From the NCBI GenBank assembly GCA_963839955.1, contig CAWIXB010000001.1, forward strand, positions 3,672,248 to 3,736,247: a DNA stretch of 64,000 nt, given 5' to 3'. A program made the position numbers and the translations under genes. This document shows, piece after piece, positions 9,249-17,320 of the stretch. The notes beneath the pieces are model-generated. The model had not been told where the DNA came from, searched no databases, and worked only from the letters and a program-made list of their open reading frames with translations. Numbering within the stretch: position 1 is the first letter of the stretch; each line of letters starts with the position of its first letter. Origin of the DNA: an uncultured Actinomycetota bacterium. GTDB lineage: Bacteria > Actinomycetota > Actinomycetes > JACCUZ01.

Positions 9249-9393
9249 CTGAACTCGTGCACCTTAGGACCAGTCGCCACCCCGGGACAAGAGGTACATG
9301 CGTTCGCATCTCGCCCGGCGGCCCATACTGGTCGCGTCCGTGCTGACGGCGTACCGGCCGATACCCCTCGCGGGTGCGCGTCTGCGGGGACGA

Positions 9394-9478
9394 GGAGGGT
9401 TCGCATAGTGGCCGAGTGCATGCGCCTTGAAAGCGCACGACGGGAGACCGTCCGTGGGTTCAAATCCCACACCCTCCG
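9394..9478 (+). tRNA. tRNA-Ser (anticodon TGA)
   Basis: Folded by hand. Acceptor GGAGGGT/ACCCTCC, D-stem GCA/TGC, anticodon stem TGCGC/GCGCA with loop CTTGAAA. Long variable arm GACGG-GAGA-CCGTC, T-arm GTGGG-TTCAAAT-CCCAC. CCA is not encoded. Confidence 0.9.
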
Positions 9479-9523
9479 CCCGGACCGGGACTGAGCGACC
9501 TGGGTCGCCGGCGAACCGGTGGG

Positions 9524-10489
9524 TCAGTTCAGCTCGGCGTGCAGGACGACGGCCGGCTGCCAGGCGTTGGACCCCAGCAACGACTCGGACGCAATGGCGG
9601 TCATCCAGTCGAAGATCGTCAGCTCCGCGTCGTCGAGCATCCGCTGCACCACGGCCGCCTCGAGCAGACGACCGGGCGCGTAGCGCGCCCACTGCGTGAC
9701 GAAGCGGCCTTCGAGAAGCCGGTAGGTGACACCGTCGCGCGAGCCCAGGGTGAAGGCGACGGTGGCGTCGTTGAGCTGCATCGTCGCCAGCTCGAGCTGG
9801 CCGGCGGCGGCCATGGAGCGCATCCGCAGGTTCCATGTGTAGCGCCGAGCCTCGTCGTCGAGCTGCGCGACGCGCCCATGGGAGTGGTCACGCTCGCGGT
9901 GGCACCGTTCCAGGGCAGGAAGGGCAGACGCGATCAGGCGGGGGTCGTCGGTGAAGGCGACCGTCGCGTCGAGGTCATCACGGTGCAGCCGGTTCCGGGC
10001 CTTCCGCAGGGTCCGGTTCGCTCCGTGCGACAAGTAGGACTCGACGTCGCCCGCGCCGTTTCGCTCGATGATAGGGATGGGCGCCACGGACGTCGACGCA
10101 CCGCCGAGGCCAGCAGCGAAGGAAGCCACGATCTGGCCAGGGATCAGCGGGCCGAGGTGCAGAGCCTTCAGGCGTCGCTCAGTCGCAGCGGCCATGACCG
10201 CGCGACCGAGGCCGGCCGCGATGATGGGCTCGAGTGCGAGCACCGCGCCGCGCTGGACGGTGTCGGTGCCGAGCAGCTGCGTCACTCCGTGCGGGTCGTC
10301 GACGAAGACGACACTGGCGGAGAGCTGCCCGCGCCCGTCACGGGCGACGACCGCCCACGGCTCGGCGTCGACAAGCGAGTCGAGGGTGGCGCGCAACCAC
10401 GGCTCGCGGGCGGTGAGAGGAGCGCCGCAACGAGCGGCCAGCGTGTCGAACTCCTCGAGCATGCCGCGCAGGGACTCGACGCCGGACAC
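9524..10489 (-). CDS. GNAT-superfamily acetyltransferase (CelD/BioF2/FemAB-like domain)
   Basis: 321 aa with clean composition. The family call comes from the C-terminal YRLLEGRF..YAPG..L pattern, so it is only moderately supported. GTG 10489 is the earliest possible start because an in-frame TGA lies just upstream. Confidence 0.6.
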   Translation of the reverse strand: MSGVESLRGMLEEFDTLAARCGAPLTAREPWLRATLDSLVDAEPWAVVARDGRGQLSASVVFVDDPHGVTQLLGTDTVQRGAVLALEPIIAAGLGRAVMAAATERRLKALHLGPLIPGQIVASFAAGLGGASTSVAPIPIIERNGAGDVESYLSHGANRTLRKARNRLHRDDLDATVAFTDDPRLIASALPALERCHRERDHSHGRVAQLDDEARRYTWNLRMRSMAAAGQLELATMQLNDATVAFTLGSRDGVTYRLLEGRFVTQWARYAPGRLLEAAVVQRMLDDAELTIFDWMTAIASESLLGSNAWQPAVVLHAELN

Positions 10490-12893
10490 GACGCCCGCCG
10501 ACTGGCGGACGGTGCCTTGCGCGAGCGGCAGATGCTGTCGTGCTCAGCACCGAGGGCCGACCGGGGCGTTGTGGCGACCTGCTGAGAGGTCTTCCGCCTC
10601 GGTCCGTGCGTCGATCCAGCGCTCCAGGGCCGACGGGCTCCAGGGCCGGGGAGTAGTAGAAGCCCTGCACCTTGTCGCACTGGTAGGCGGCGAGCTGCCG
10701 GGCAGCGCCCTCGTTCTCGACCCCTTCGGCGACCATGGTCATGCCGAGGGCGTGCGCCAGGTCGATGGTGGAGCGCACGATCGCCGCGGCGCGCGGGTCA
10801 TCGGCCATCGGCTTGACGAACGATCGGTCCAGCTTCAGCTCGTCGATCGGAAGCTCTCGCAGGTACGCCAGGCTGGAGTACCCGGTCCCGAAGTCGTCGA
10901 CCGAGACCCGGATGCCGGCGTGGCGGAGCTCCGCGAGGATGTCGCGGGCGCGTTCGCGGTCGCCCATGAGGAAGTCTTCGGTGATCTCCAGCTCGAGCGC
11001 GTCCGACGCGAGCCGGCGCACGGAGAGCAGCCCGCGCACCCGAGCGGGGAGCTCGGCGTCCACGAGGGACGACGCCGACAGGTTCACCGCCACATTCAGG
11101 TGCCGTCCCGCGGCGCGCCAGACACGCACCTGGTCGAGGGACACCTCGAGGACGGCGTCGGTGAGGTCGCGCATCAGGCCGGCGTCCTCGACCAGCGGCA
11201 GGAAGTCGCCGGGCAGCAGCAGGCCCCTCGTGGGGTGCTCCCACCGTACGAGCGCCTCGACGCCGACGACGGCGCCGCTTCTCGCGTCGAGCTTCGGCTG
11301 GTAGTGCACGACGAGGCTGCGGTCGACGATCGCCGACCGGAGGTCTTCGAGGTCACGCAGACGCTGCTCGTCATGCCCGGCGTCGAGGTCGTCGCTGTAC
11401 ACGCGGTGGCCGACCTTGGTCGCCTTCGCCTCGTACATGGCGCGGTCGGCACGTCGCAGCAGCGTCGAGACGTCGCCGCCCTGGCTGGGGTAGAGCGCGA
11501 TGCCGATGCTTGCGGTGAGCCGCACGGTCACGCCGTCCAGGCTGAAGGGTGCCTCCAGAGCGTCGCGGAGCCCGCGAGCGGCCGAGATGCCCGCTGCCTC
11601 GTCGGCGCCGTCGAGCAGGGTGGCGAACTCGTCACCCCCGAGGCGGATCAACCGGTGTTCGTGTTCGCTCGACTCCAGCGAGGCGAGCGAGGCGAGCAAG
11701 CGTGAGGTGACATGGCGCAGCAGCGTGTCGCCTGCCTGGTGGCCGAGGCTGTCGTTGACCTCCTTGAACCGGTCGAGGTCGAGCAGCAACAACGCTCCGG
11801 GCGCGCCGTCCGGACCGAGACGGTGCGAGACCTCCTCGTAGAACGCGCGCCGGTTGCCTAGCCCGGTCAGCTCGTCGGTGAAGGCGAGGGTGTGGCTGTC
11901 GGCGAGGGAGGCGACCTCTCTGAAGGTGACGATGAGGCGGCCCAGCGCAGCGACCACAGTCGCGGCACAGAGCAGGATCGCCGCGAAGTTCAGCTGGTTG
12001 CTGTGGTCGTAGATCAGCGTCGCCAGCGCGGCGAGGGTGGCGACGACAGGGAAGCCGACCCGCACCCAGCTCGGCAGCGCCGTGTTGGCGGAGGCCATCG
12101 CCCGCCGGCCGGGGGCGAACGCGATGACCAGGGTCGCGACGACCCAGATCCCGTCGTTGAGGCCACCAGGCTGATAGGTCCCGTTGTTGGCCGAGAACAG
12201 GTACACGCCGTCGGCAAGGGAGAACATCGCCATACCGGCGGCGACGAACCAGAGCCCGACCGGAGGTCGCCAGTTGAACAGCGCCAGGACCGAGGTGACG
12301 ACGAGCAGCACGAGCACGTCGAGCACCACGTGTGCCAGCGTCGTGACGACGGCAGCCTTGCTGCCTCCGGTCTCGGCGACGATCGGGTTGAAGAGGGCGG
12401 CGGCGACACCGGCGACGGCGAGCCCGCCGACGAGACCGTCGAGCCACAGGCTCAACGGCACGTCGTCGACGGTGCCACGCACGAACAGCACCAGCGCGAT
12501 GAGCGCGCAGGGGTAGAACGACAGCCACAGCCCGTCGGCGATCGACGGGAAGGGCTCGGGGTCCTGGGTACGGACGAAGATCGTCCAGAACACGTTCCCC
12601 GACCCGTAGATCGCGAGCCCGACGCCGAGGAAGAGGTAGCTGGCCCGGTAGGTCGTGGCGCCGCGGGCGCGAACGAAGCAGACCACGGCGCTGAGCTCGT
12701 ACGCGATGTTGTTCAGGAACCCGTCGAGCAGGAGGTTGTAGCCCGGGTTCGGGCGGACGCCCGGGATGGTCGAGACCAGGAAGACGCCGAAGACGAGAGC
12801 GGTCGCTATGTAGACGCCGGTGGAGAGGCGCATTCGAGGGCGGCGCGGCGACAGTTGAGGCAGGACAGCCCTCATCGTGGGAACGCCAGTCAC
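10338..12893 (-). CDS. Membrane-anchored diguanylate cyclase/phosphodiesterase (GGDEF + EAL), C-terminus apparently frameshifted
   Basis: Multi-TM N-terminus. GGDEF domain motifs DLDRFKEVNDSLGHQAGD and RLGGDEFA. EAL domain motifs EALVRW, ELEITE, DDFGTGYSSL, KLD and QGFYYS. The last roughly 100 codons are an Arg-rich tail overlapping the next gene (see findings). Alternative starts are ATG 12875 and the later MRLSTGV. Confidence 0.8.
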   Translation of the reverse strand: MTGVPTMRAVLPQLSPRRPRMRLSTGVYIATALVFGVFLVSTIPGVRPNPGYNLLLDGFLNNIAYELSAVVCFVRARGATTYRASYLFLGVGLAIYGSGNVFWTIFVRTQDPEPFPSIADGLWLSFYPCALIALVLFVRGTVDDVPLSLWLDGLVGGLAVAGVAAALFNPIVAETGGSKAAVVTTLAHVVLDVLVLLVVTSVLALFNWRPPVGLWFVAAGMAMFSLADGVYLFSANNGTYQPGGLNDGIWVVATLVIAFAPGRRAMASANTALPSWVRVGFPVVATLAALATLIYDHSNQLNFAAILLCAATVVAALGRLIVTFREVASLADSHTLAFTDELTGLGNRRAFYEEVSHRLGPDGAPGALLLLDLDRFKEVNDSLGHQAGDTLLRHVTSRLLASLASLESSEHEHRLIRLGGDEFATLLDGADEAAGISAARGLRDALEAPFSLDGVTVRLTASIGIALYPSQGGDVSTLLRRADRAMYEAKATKVGHRVYSDDLDAGHDEQRLRDLEDLRSAIVDRSLVVHYQPKLDARSGAVVGVEALVRWEHPTRGLLLPGDFLPLVEDAGLMRDLTDAVLEVSLDQVRVWRAAGRHLNVAVNLSASSLVDAELPARVRGLLSVRRLASDALELEITEDFLMGDRERARDILAELRHAGIRVSVDDFGTGYSSLAYLRELPIDELKLDRSFVKPMADDPRAAAIVRSTIDLAHALGMTMVAEGVENEGAARQLAAYQCDKVQGFYYSPALEPVGPGALDRRTDRGGRPLSRSPQRPGRPSVLSTTASAARARHRPPVGGRRVRRRVPARHARGVRHAGRSLRRSSHRPRAVVARHPRLACRRRAVGGRRP

Positions 12894-13140
12894 GCTGCAC
12901 CTCCCTGTTTTCGCCTAGACCCTGAATCTCGGATGTCTGGGCACTGACCTTGAGAGTCGGTCGGCGCTCAGGGCAGCGCCGCGCGGCCACCGGGGCGTCG
13001 GCCGAATCGGACCGAGGCAGTTGGGGCGGTTTGTCCGACCTCACCCACCGGACGGGAGGCCAACGCCAACCGAACCAACACCGCCTAGCCGCCCCCGAGC
13101 CCCCCCGAGCCCCCGAGCCCCCAAGCCCCACCCCTCGCAG

Positions 13141-13217
13141 TTCGACCACGTTGGGTAGGCGCAGCAGTGCCTCAACAGGCGGAGCGGCCTGTTGCGGCAG
13201 TGCTGTGCCTGTTGCGG
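13141..13217 (-). repeat. REP/MITE-like palindromic element, copy 1 (reverse orientation)
   Basis: TTCGACCACGTTGGGTAGGCGCAGCAGTGCCTCAACAGG-cggagcgg-CCTGTTGCGGCAGTGCTGTGCCTGTTGCGG. Confidence 0.85.
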
Positions 13218-14036
13218 CTGGGCCTAGCCGAGCGAGGGCAGAGCCGCGTGCCGGCGGTGGGCGCGCGGCGAAGGTCGGCGGTCCAGGCGTACGCCGAGCA
13301 GCGCCCGGGCGGCGTCAACCGTCCCTCCATCACCAGCGCGCACAGCAGGGTGTCCTCGACGACCTCGCGCTGAGCCAGGCTGCTCCGACCCGGTGCAGCG
13401 ACGACGCCAGCGACCGCAGGCTCTCGACGGCGTCGGACCAGCGCGACTCGATCACAGCGGCAGGCCCACCGCACAGCCGCGCCGCGACGTCGCGCAGGCA
13501 CGAGTCCTGGCTCGCGTCCAGGTGCGCCTGCAGCCTGCGTGCGTCGACGTCTCCCGCGGCGGTGCCCCAGGGCGGCGTGCATCGCCGTGAACGCGGTCTG
13601 CGGACGTTCGAGCAGGTCGACCTCGACGGCGTCGAGCACCTCGCGCACCTCACGATCCGGAGACTGCCAGGCCCCCCTGACGTGGCAGCGCCAGAGCAAC
13701 GAGGCCGAGTCGACGAGCGCCCGCATTCCGAGAACCGCCGGCGGCGCCAGCTGCTGGGCGTACCGCACCCGCACGGCCGCGACGTCGCCCCAGGCCAGCT
13801 CGTGCAGGGCCGCATGCCACGAGAAGTGGGCGCGGTGCGATGCCCCGCCCGCCGAGCTCGATCCAGGGGCTGAGCCAGCCGAGCCCGGCGGCGTGCTCGC
13901 CGGTCTCGTAGAAGACGTGCGCGCGGGCGTGCGTTCGCGACCGTTCAACAAGACCTCTCCTATTGTCAGTTTTATCGGCCGAAAATATGCGGTCCTCGAC
14001 CTCGATCACAAGCGCGCCACATCCCTTGGCGTACAT
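13172..14036 (-). pseudogene. Degraded gene, possibly TTC38-like TPR family; N-terminally truncated with at least 3 frame changes
   Basis: Protein-like segments hop between three minus frames. They read HVFYETGEHAAGLGWLSPW, then HFSWHAALHELAWGDVAAVRVRYAQQL...ERPQTAFTAMHAALG. These continue as GDVDARRLQAHLDASQDSCLRDVAARLCGGPAAVIESRWSDAVESLRSLASSL, then LAQREVVEDTLLCALVMEG. Confidence 0.5.
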
Positions 14037-14044
14037 GTCGCGAG

Positions 14045-14121
14045 CCGCAACAGGCGAGGCAGTGCCTCAACAGGTCGGCAGACCTGTTGAGGCACTGCTG
14101 CGCCTACCTAACGTGGTCGAA
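14045..14121 (+). repeat. REP/MITE-like palindromic element, copy 2 (forward orientation)
   Basis: CCGCAACAGGCGAGGCAGTGCCTCAACAGG-tcggcaga-CCTGTTGAGGCACTGCTGCGCCTACCTAACGTGGTCGAA. Confidence 0.85.
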
Positions 14122-14179
14122 TCCCCGGGAGGCTGGGCCTTCCAGCTGCGTGCTAGCGTCAGGCGTTCCACAACAGCAC

Positions 14180-14270
<91 letters not shown>

Positions 14271-14388
14271 CACCAGGTGCGCAGCGCGTCCGTCGCCGAC
14301 CAGGCACGAGTCTGGGCGGCTGACCGGACGCGCGCGGCGTCCCCGGTGGCTCGCGGCACGACAGCTCCCGTCCGCCTCTGGACAGGAG

Positions 14389-15048
14389 ATGAGTGACTTG
14401 GCTATGCCAGTCGAAAAGGCCGGGCACGCCGACAACGAGCCGGCCGACACGGACACCACGTCCCCGACCGGTCTGCCGACTCGTTGGCGCACCGTCGACA
14501 TCGTCGTCGCGTCGGCGATCGCGGTCGCCTTCGGTGTCGTGTTCTGGGCGTGGGGCCTGCTGTGGAACAGCATGCAGGCCGCGTTCGCCGGCTTCCCGCC
14601 GGCACAGGGATTCATGTACGGCGTGTGGCTGCTGCCCGGCGTCCTCGGCGCCCTGGTGATCCGCAAGCCCGGCGCGGCCCTGTACACCGAGCTCGTTGCC
14701 TCCATCGTGTCCGCGCTGCTGGGCACCGCCTGGGGCCTCTCGGTCGTCGCCTACGGCCTGGTCGAGGGCGCGGCTCCGGAGCTCGTCTTCGCCCTGCTCC
14801 TCTACCGGTCGTGGCGGCTGCCGACGGTCGTCGTCGCGGGTGCGGTCGCCGGGGTGGCAGCCGCGCTGCTCGACCTGTCGTTCGCCTACACCGACTGGCC
14901 GGGCACCTGGCAGCTGACCTACGTGGCCGTGCTCGCCGCCAGCTCCGCTGTCATCGCCGGCGCAGGCGCCTGGGTGATCTCGCGCGCGCTGGCCCGCACC
15001 GGCGTCCTGGCGCCGTTCCCGGCCGGCCGCGAGCAGGCCGCCGTCTGA
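14389..15048 (+). CDS. ykoE: ECF transporter S component, YkoE-type (HMP/thiamine precursor)
   Basis: 219 aa, about 6 TM segments. It sits directly downstream of the TPP riboswitch and is followed by a duplicated ATPase and a T component. The start may instead be TTG 14398 or ATG 14404, because AGGAG abuts ATG 14389. Confidence 0.75.
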   Translation: MSDLAMPVEKAGHADNEPADTDTTSPTGLPTRWRTVDIVVASAIAVAFGVVFWAWGLLWNSMQAAFAGFPPAQGFMYGVWLLPGVLGALVIRKPGAALYTELVASIVSALLGTAWGLSVVAYGLVEGAAPELVFALLLYRSWRLPTVVVAGAVAGVAAALLDLSFAYTDWPGTWQLTYVAVLAASSAVIAGAGAWVISRALARTGVLAPFPAGREQAAV

Positions 15049-16523
15049 GCAAGGTCGCCACCACGGCCCCGGTCGCCGTCGACGCGCGCGGCTGGGGCTG
15101 GCGTCACGGCGGCCGCCGCGCGTGGTCGTCGCGCGGGCTCGACCTGCAGGTGGCACCCGGCGAGCGGGTGCTGCTGCTCGGCCCGTCCGGCGCGGGCAAG
15201 AGCACACTGCTCGCCGGGCTCGCCGGCCTGCTCGACGTGAGCGACGCGGGTGAGCAGGAGGGCACGCTGTACCTCGACGGCGTGCCCGCCCGCCGCGCGC
15301 GGGCCCGCGCCGGGTTGGTCATGCAGGACCCCGAGTCCGCCCTCGTCATGGGCCGCGCCGGTGACGACGTGGCGTTCGGGCTGGAGAACCGCGCCGTCCC
15401 CGCGGCCGACATCTGGCCGCGGGTCGACGAGGCGTTGGCGGCGGTGCGGTTCCCCTATGGTCGCGACCGGCACACCGCGGCACTCTCCGGAGGTGAGCAG
15501 CAGCGCCTCGCGATCGCCGGGATCCTGGCGCTGCGCCCGGGACTCCTGCTGCTCGACGAGCCGACGGCGAACCTCGACCCCGATGGCGCGGCGCTGGTCC
15601 GAGCCGTGCTGCGCGACGTCCTCGATGCGACCGGCGCAACCGCGGTGCTGGTCGAGCACCGGGTCGCCGATTTCGTCGACCTCGTCGACCGCGCGGTGGT
15701 GCTCGAGCCCGGCGGCGGAGTGCTCGCCGACGGCACACCTGAGGAGGTCTTCGGCCGGCACGGCGAGTCCCTGGCGGCACGAGGTGTCTGGGTGCCGGGC
15801 CGCAGCCCCGACGTACGCCGGCGGGCTGTCGCCCCGGCCGGGAGCCCCCGGATGACCGCGGAACAGGCAGCCTTCCGCTACCCGGCGGCCACGACGGCGG
15901 CACTGCCCCCGACCGACGCGATTCTCTGCGCCGGTCGCGCCGTCGCCGTCACCGGTCCCAACGGCTGCGGGAAGTCCACCCTCGCACTGCTGCTCGCCGG
16001 ATTGCTCCGCCCGTCGCCGGGGTCGGTGCGCGCCGCCTCGGACCTGGCGCCGGACGCGGCCGGCCGCGACCCGTCGCGCTGGCGGGCCCGCGACCTGGTC
16101 CGCGCGGTCGGCACCGTGTTCCAGGACCCGGAGCACCAGTTCGTGACCACCTCGGTGCAGGCCGAGCTCGCCCTGGGGCCGCGCCGCGCAGGGGCGTCCA
16201 CGGCGGAGGCGCTGGCCCGCGCCGCCGACCTGATGACCAGGCTGCGACTCGACGGTCTGGCGGCGGCCAACCCCTTCACCCTGTCCGGAGGCGAGAAGCG
16301 CCGGCTGTCAGTGGCCACCGCCCTGGCGACCGCCCCGGAGGTCGTGGTGGCCGACGAGCCGACGTACGGCCAGGACTCCCGCACCTGGGCCGAGCTCGCC
16401 CATCTGCTCGCCGACCTGCGCGACGAGGGATGCGCGCTCGCGCTCATCACCCACGACCGCGCGCTCGTCGACGCCGTCGCCGACACCCGCCTCGACCTCA
16501 CCACCGCGAGCGCTGCCCGGTGA
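15045..16523 (+). CDS. ykoD: ECF transporter duplicated ATPase (YkoD-type, two ABC domains)
   Basis: Two Walker A motifs (GPSGAGKST, GPNGCGKST), two signature motifs (LSGGEQQR, LSGGEKRR) and two Walker B motifs (LLLLDEP, VVVADEP). The start is assigned to CTG 15045 for lack of any canonical start (see findings). Confidence 0.75.
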   Translation: MSKVATTAPVAVDARGWGWRHGGRRAWSSRGLDLQVAPGERVLLLGPSGAGKSTLLAGLAGLLDVSDAGEQEGTLYLDGVPARRARARAGLVMQDPESALVMGRAGDDVAFGLENRAVPAADIWPRVDEALAAVRFPYGRDRHTAALSGGEQQRLAIAGILALRPGLLLLDEPTANLDPDGAALVRAVLRDVLDATGATAVLVEHRVADFVDLVDRAVVLEPGGGVLADGTPEEVFGRHGESLAARGVWVPGRSPDVRRRAVAPAGSPRMTAEQAAFRYPAATTAALPPTDAILCAGRAVAVTGPNGCGKSTLALLLAGLLRPSPGSVRAASDLAPDAAGRDPSRWRARDLVRAVGTVFQDPEHQFVTTSVQAELALGPRRAGASTAEALARAADLMTRLRLDGLAAANPFTLSGGEKRRLSVATALATAPEVVVADEPTYGQDSRTWAELAHLLADLRDEGCALALITHDRALVDAVADTRLDLTTASAAR

Positions 16524-17320
16524 GCATCCTTGCGCCCCTCGCGCCCGACCCCGACGCCCCCCTGAGCCGGCGCAACCCGGTCGCCAAGCTGGCCGCCGCC
16601 GGCATCATCCTGGTCGGCCTGCTCGTCACCCTCGACCCCGTGACGCCGGCGTTGCTGCTCGGTCTCGAGCTCGCCGTCCTGCCGTTCACCGGTGTCCGCC
16701 TCGGGACACTGACGCGCCGGTGCTGGCCGCTGCTCGTCGGCGTCGCGGGGGTCAGCCTCACCAACCTGCTGGTCGTCGACGGCGGGCGCGTGCTGGTGGA
16801 GATCGGTCCGCTCGACATCACCTCGGACGCGGTCACCTCGGCGCTCTCCATCGCACTGCGCCTGCTGGCGATCACGCTCCCCGGCATCCTGGTGCTGGCC
16901 AGCACCGACCCGATGGACCTCGCCGACGCGCTCGTGCAGCGCTGGCACGTGCCGCCGCGGTTCGCCTACGGCGCGCTGGCCGCGCTGCGGCTGCTGCCCC
17001 TGCTCTCCGCCGACTGGCACTCGATGGCCCGGGCGCGGCGGGCGCGCGGCATCGACGCGGGTCACTCGCCCGTGGCGGCGGTGCGATTGTTCGCCTCGCT
17101 GGTGTTCGGGGTGCTCGTGGCGGCGATCCGCCGCGGTGTGCGGCTGGCGACGGCGATGGAGGCCCGCGGGTTCGACACCGGTGAGCAGCGCAGCGTGGCC
17201 CGGCCGCAGCCGTTGCAGCCAGCCGACTGGGCGCTGATCGCCGCGGCGCTCGCGGCGGTCCTGGCCGCCACCGCCGTGTCGGTGGCCGTCGGGAGCTGGC
17301 GACTGCCCTTCAGCAGCTAG
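16520..17320 (+). CDS. ykoC: ECF transporter T component (CbiQ/EcfT family, YkoC-type)
   Basis: GTG 16520 overlaps the ykoD stop as GTGA. Polytopic protein with a conserved ARRARG loop. Confidence 0.8.
   Translation: MSILAPLAPDPDAPLSRRNPVAKLAAAGIILVGLLVTLDPVTPALLLGLELAVLPFTGVRLGTLTRRCWPLLVGVAGVSLTNLLVVDGGRVLVEIGPLDITSDAVTSALSIALRLLAITLPGILVLASTDPMDLADALVQRWHVPPRFAYGALAALRLLPLLSADWHSMARARRARGIDAGHSPVAAVRLFASLVFGVLVAAIRRGVRLATAMEARGFDTGEQRSVARPQPLQPADWALIAAALAAVLAATAVSVAVGSWRLPFSS

Noticed and set aside
9394-14121. A genomic island integrated at tRNA-Ser, covering the GNAT gene, the frameshifted GGDEF-EAL gene, the repeats and the pseudogene
   Set aside because: No integrase or recombinase is present, and by eye I found no direct repeat of the tRNA 3' end. 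The genes have host-like composition. The decay signals are better explained locally.
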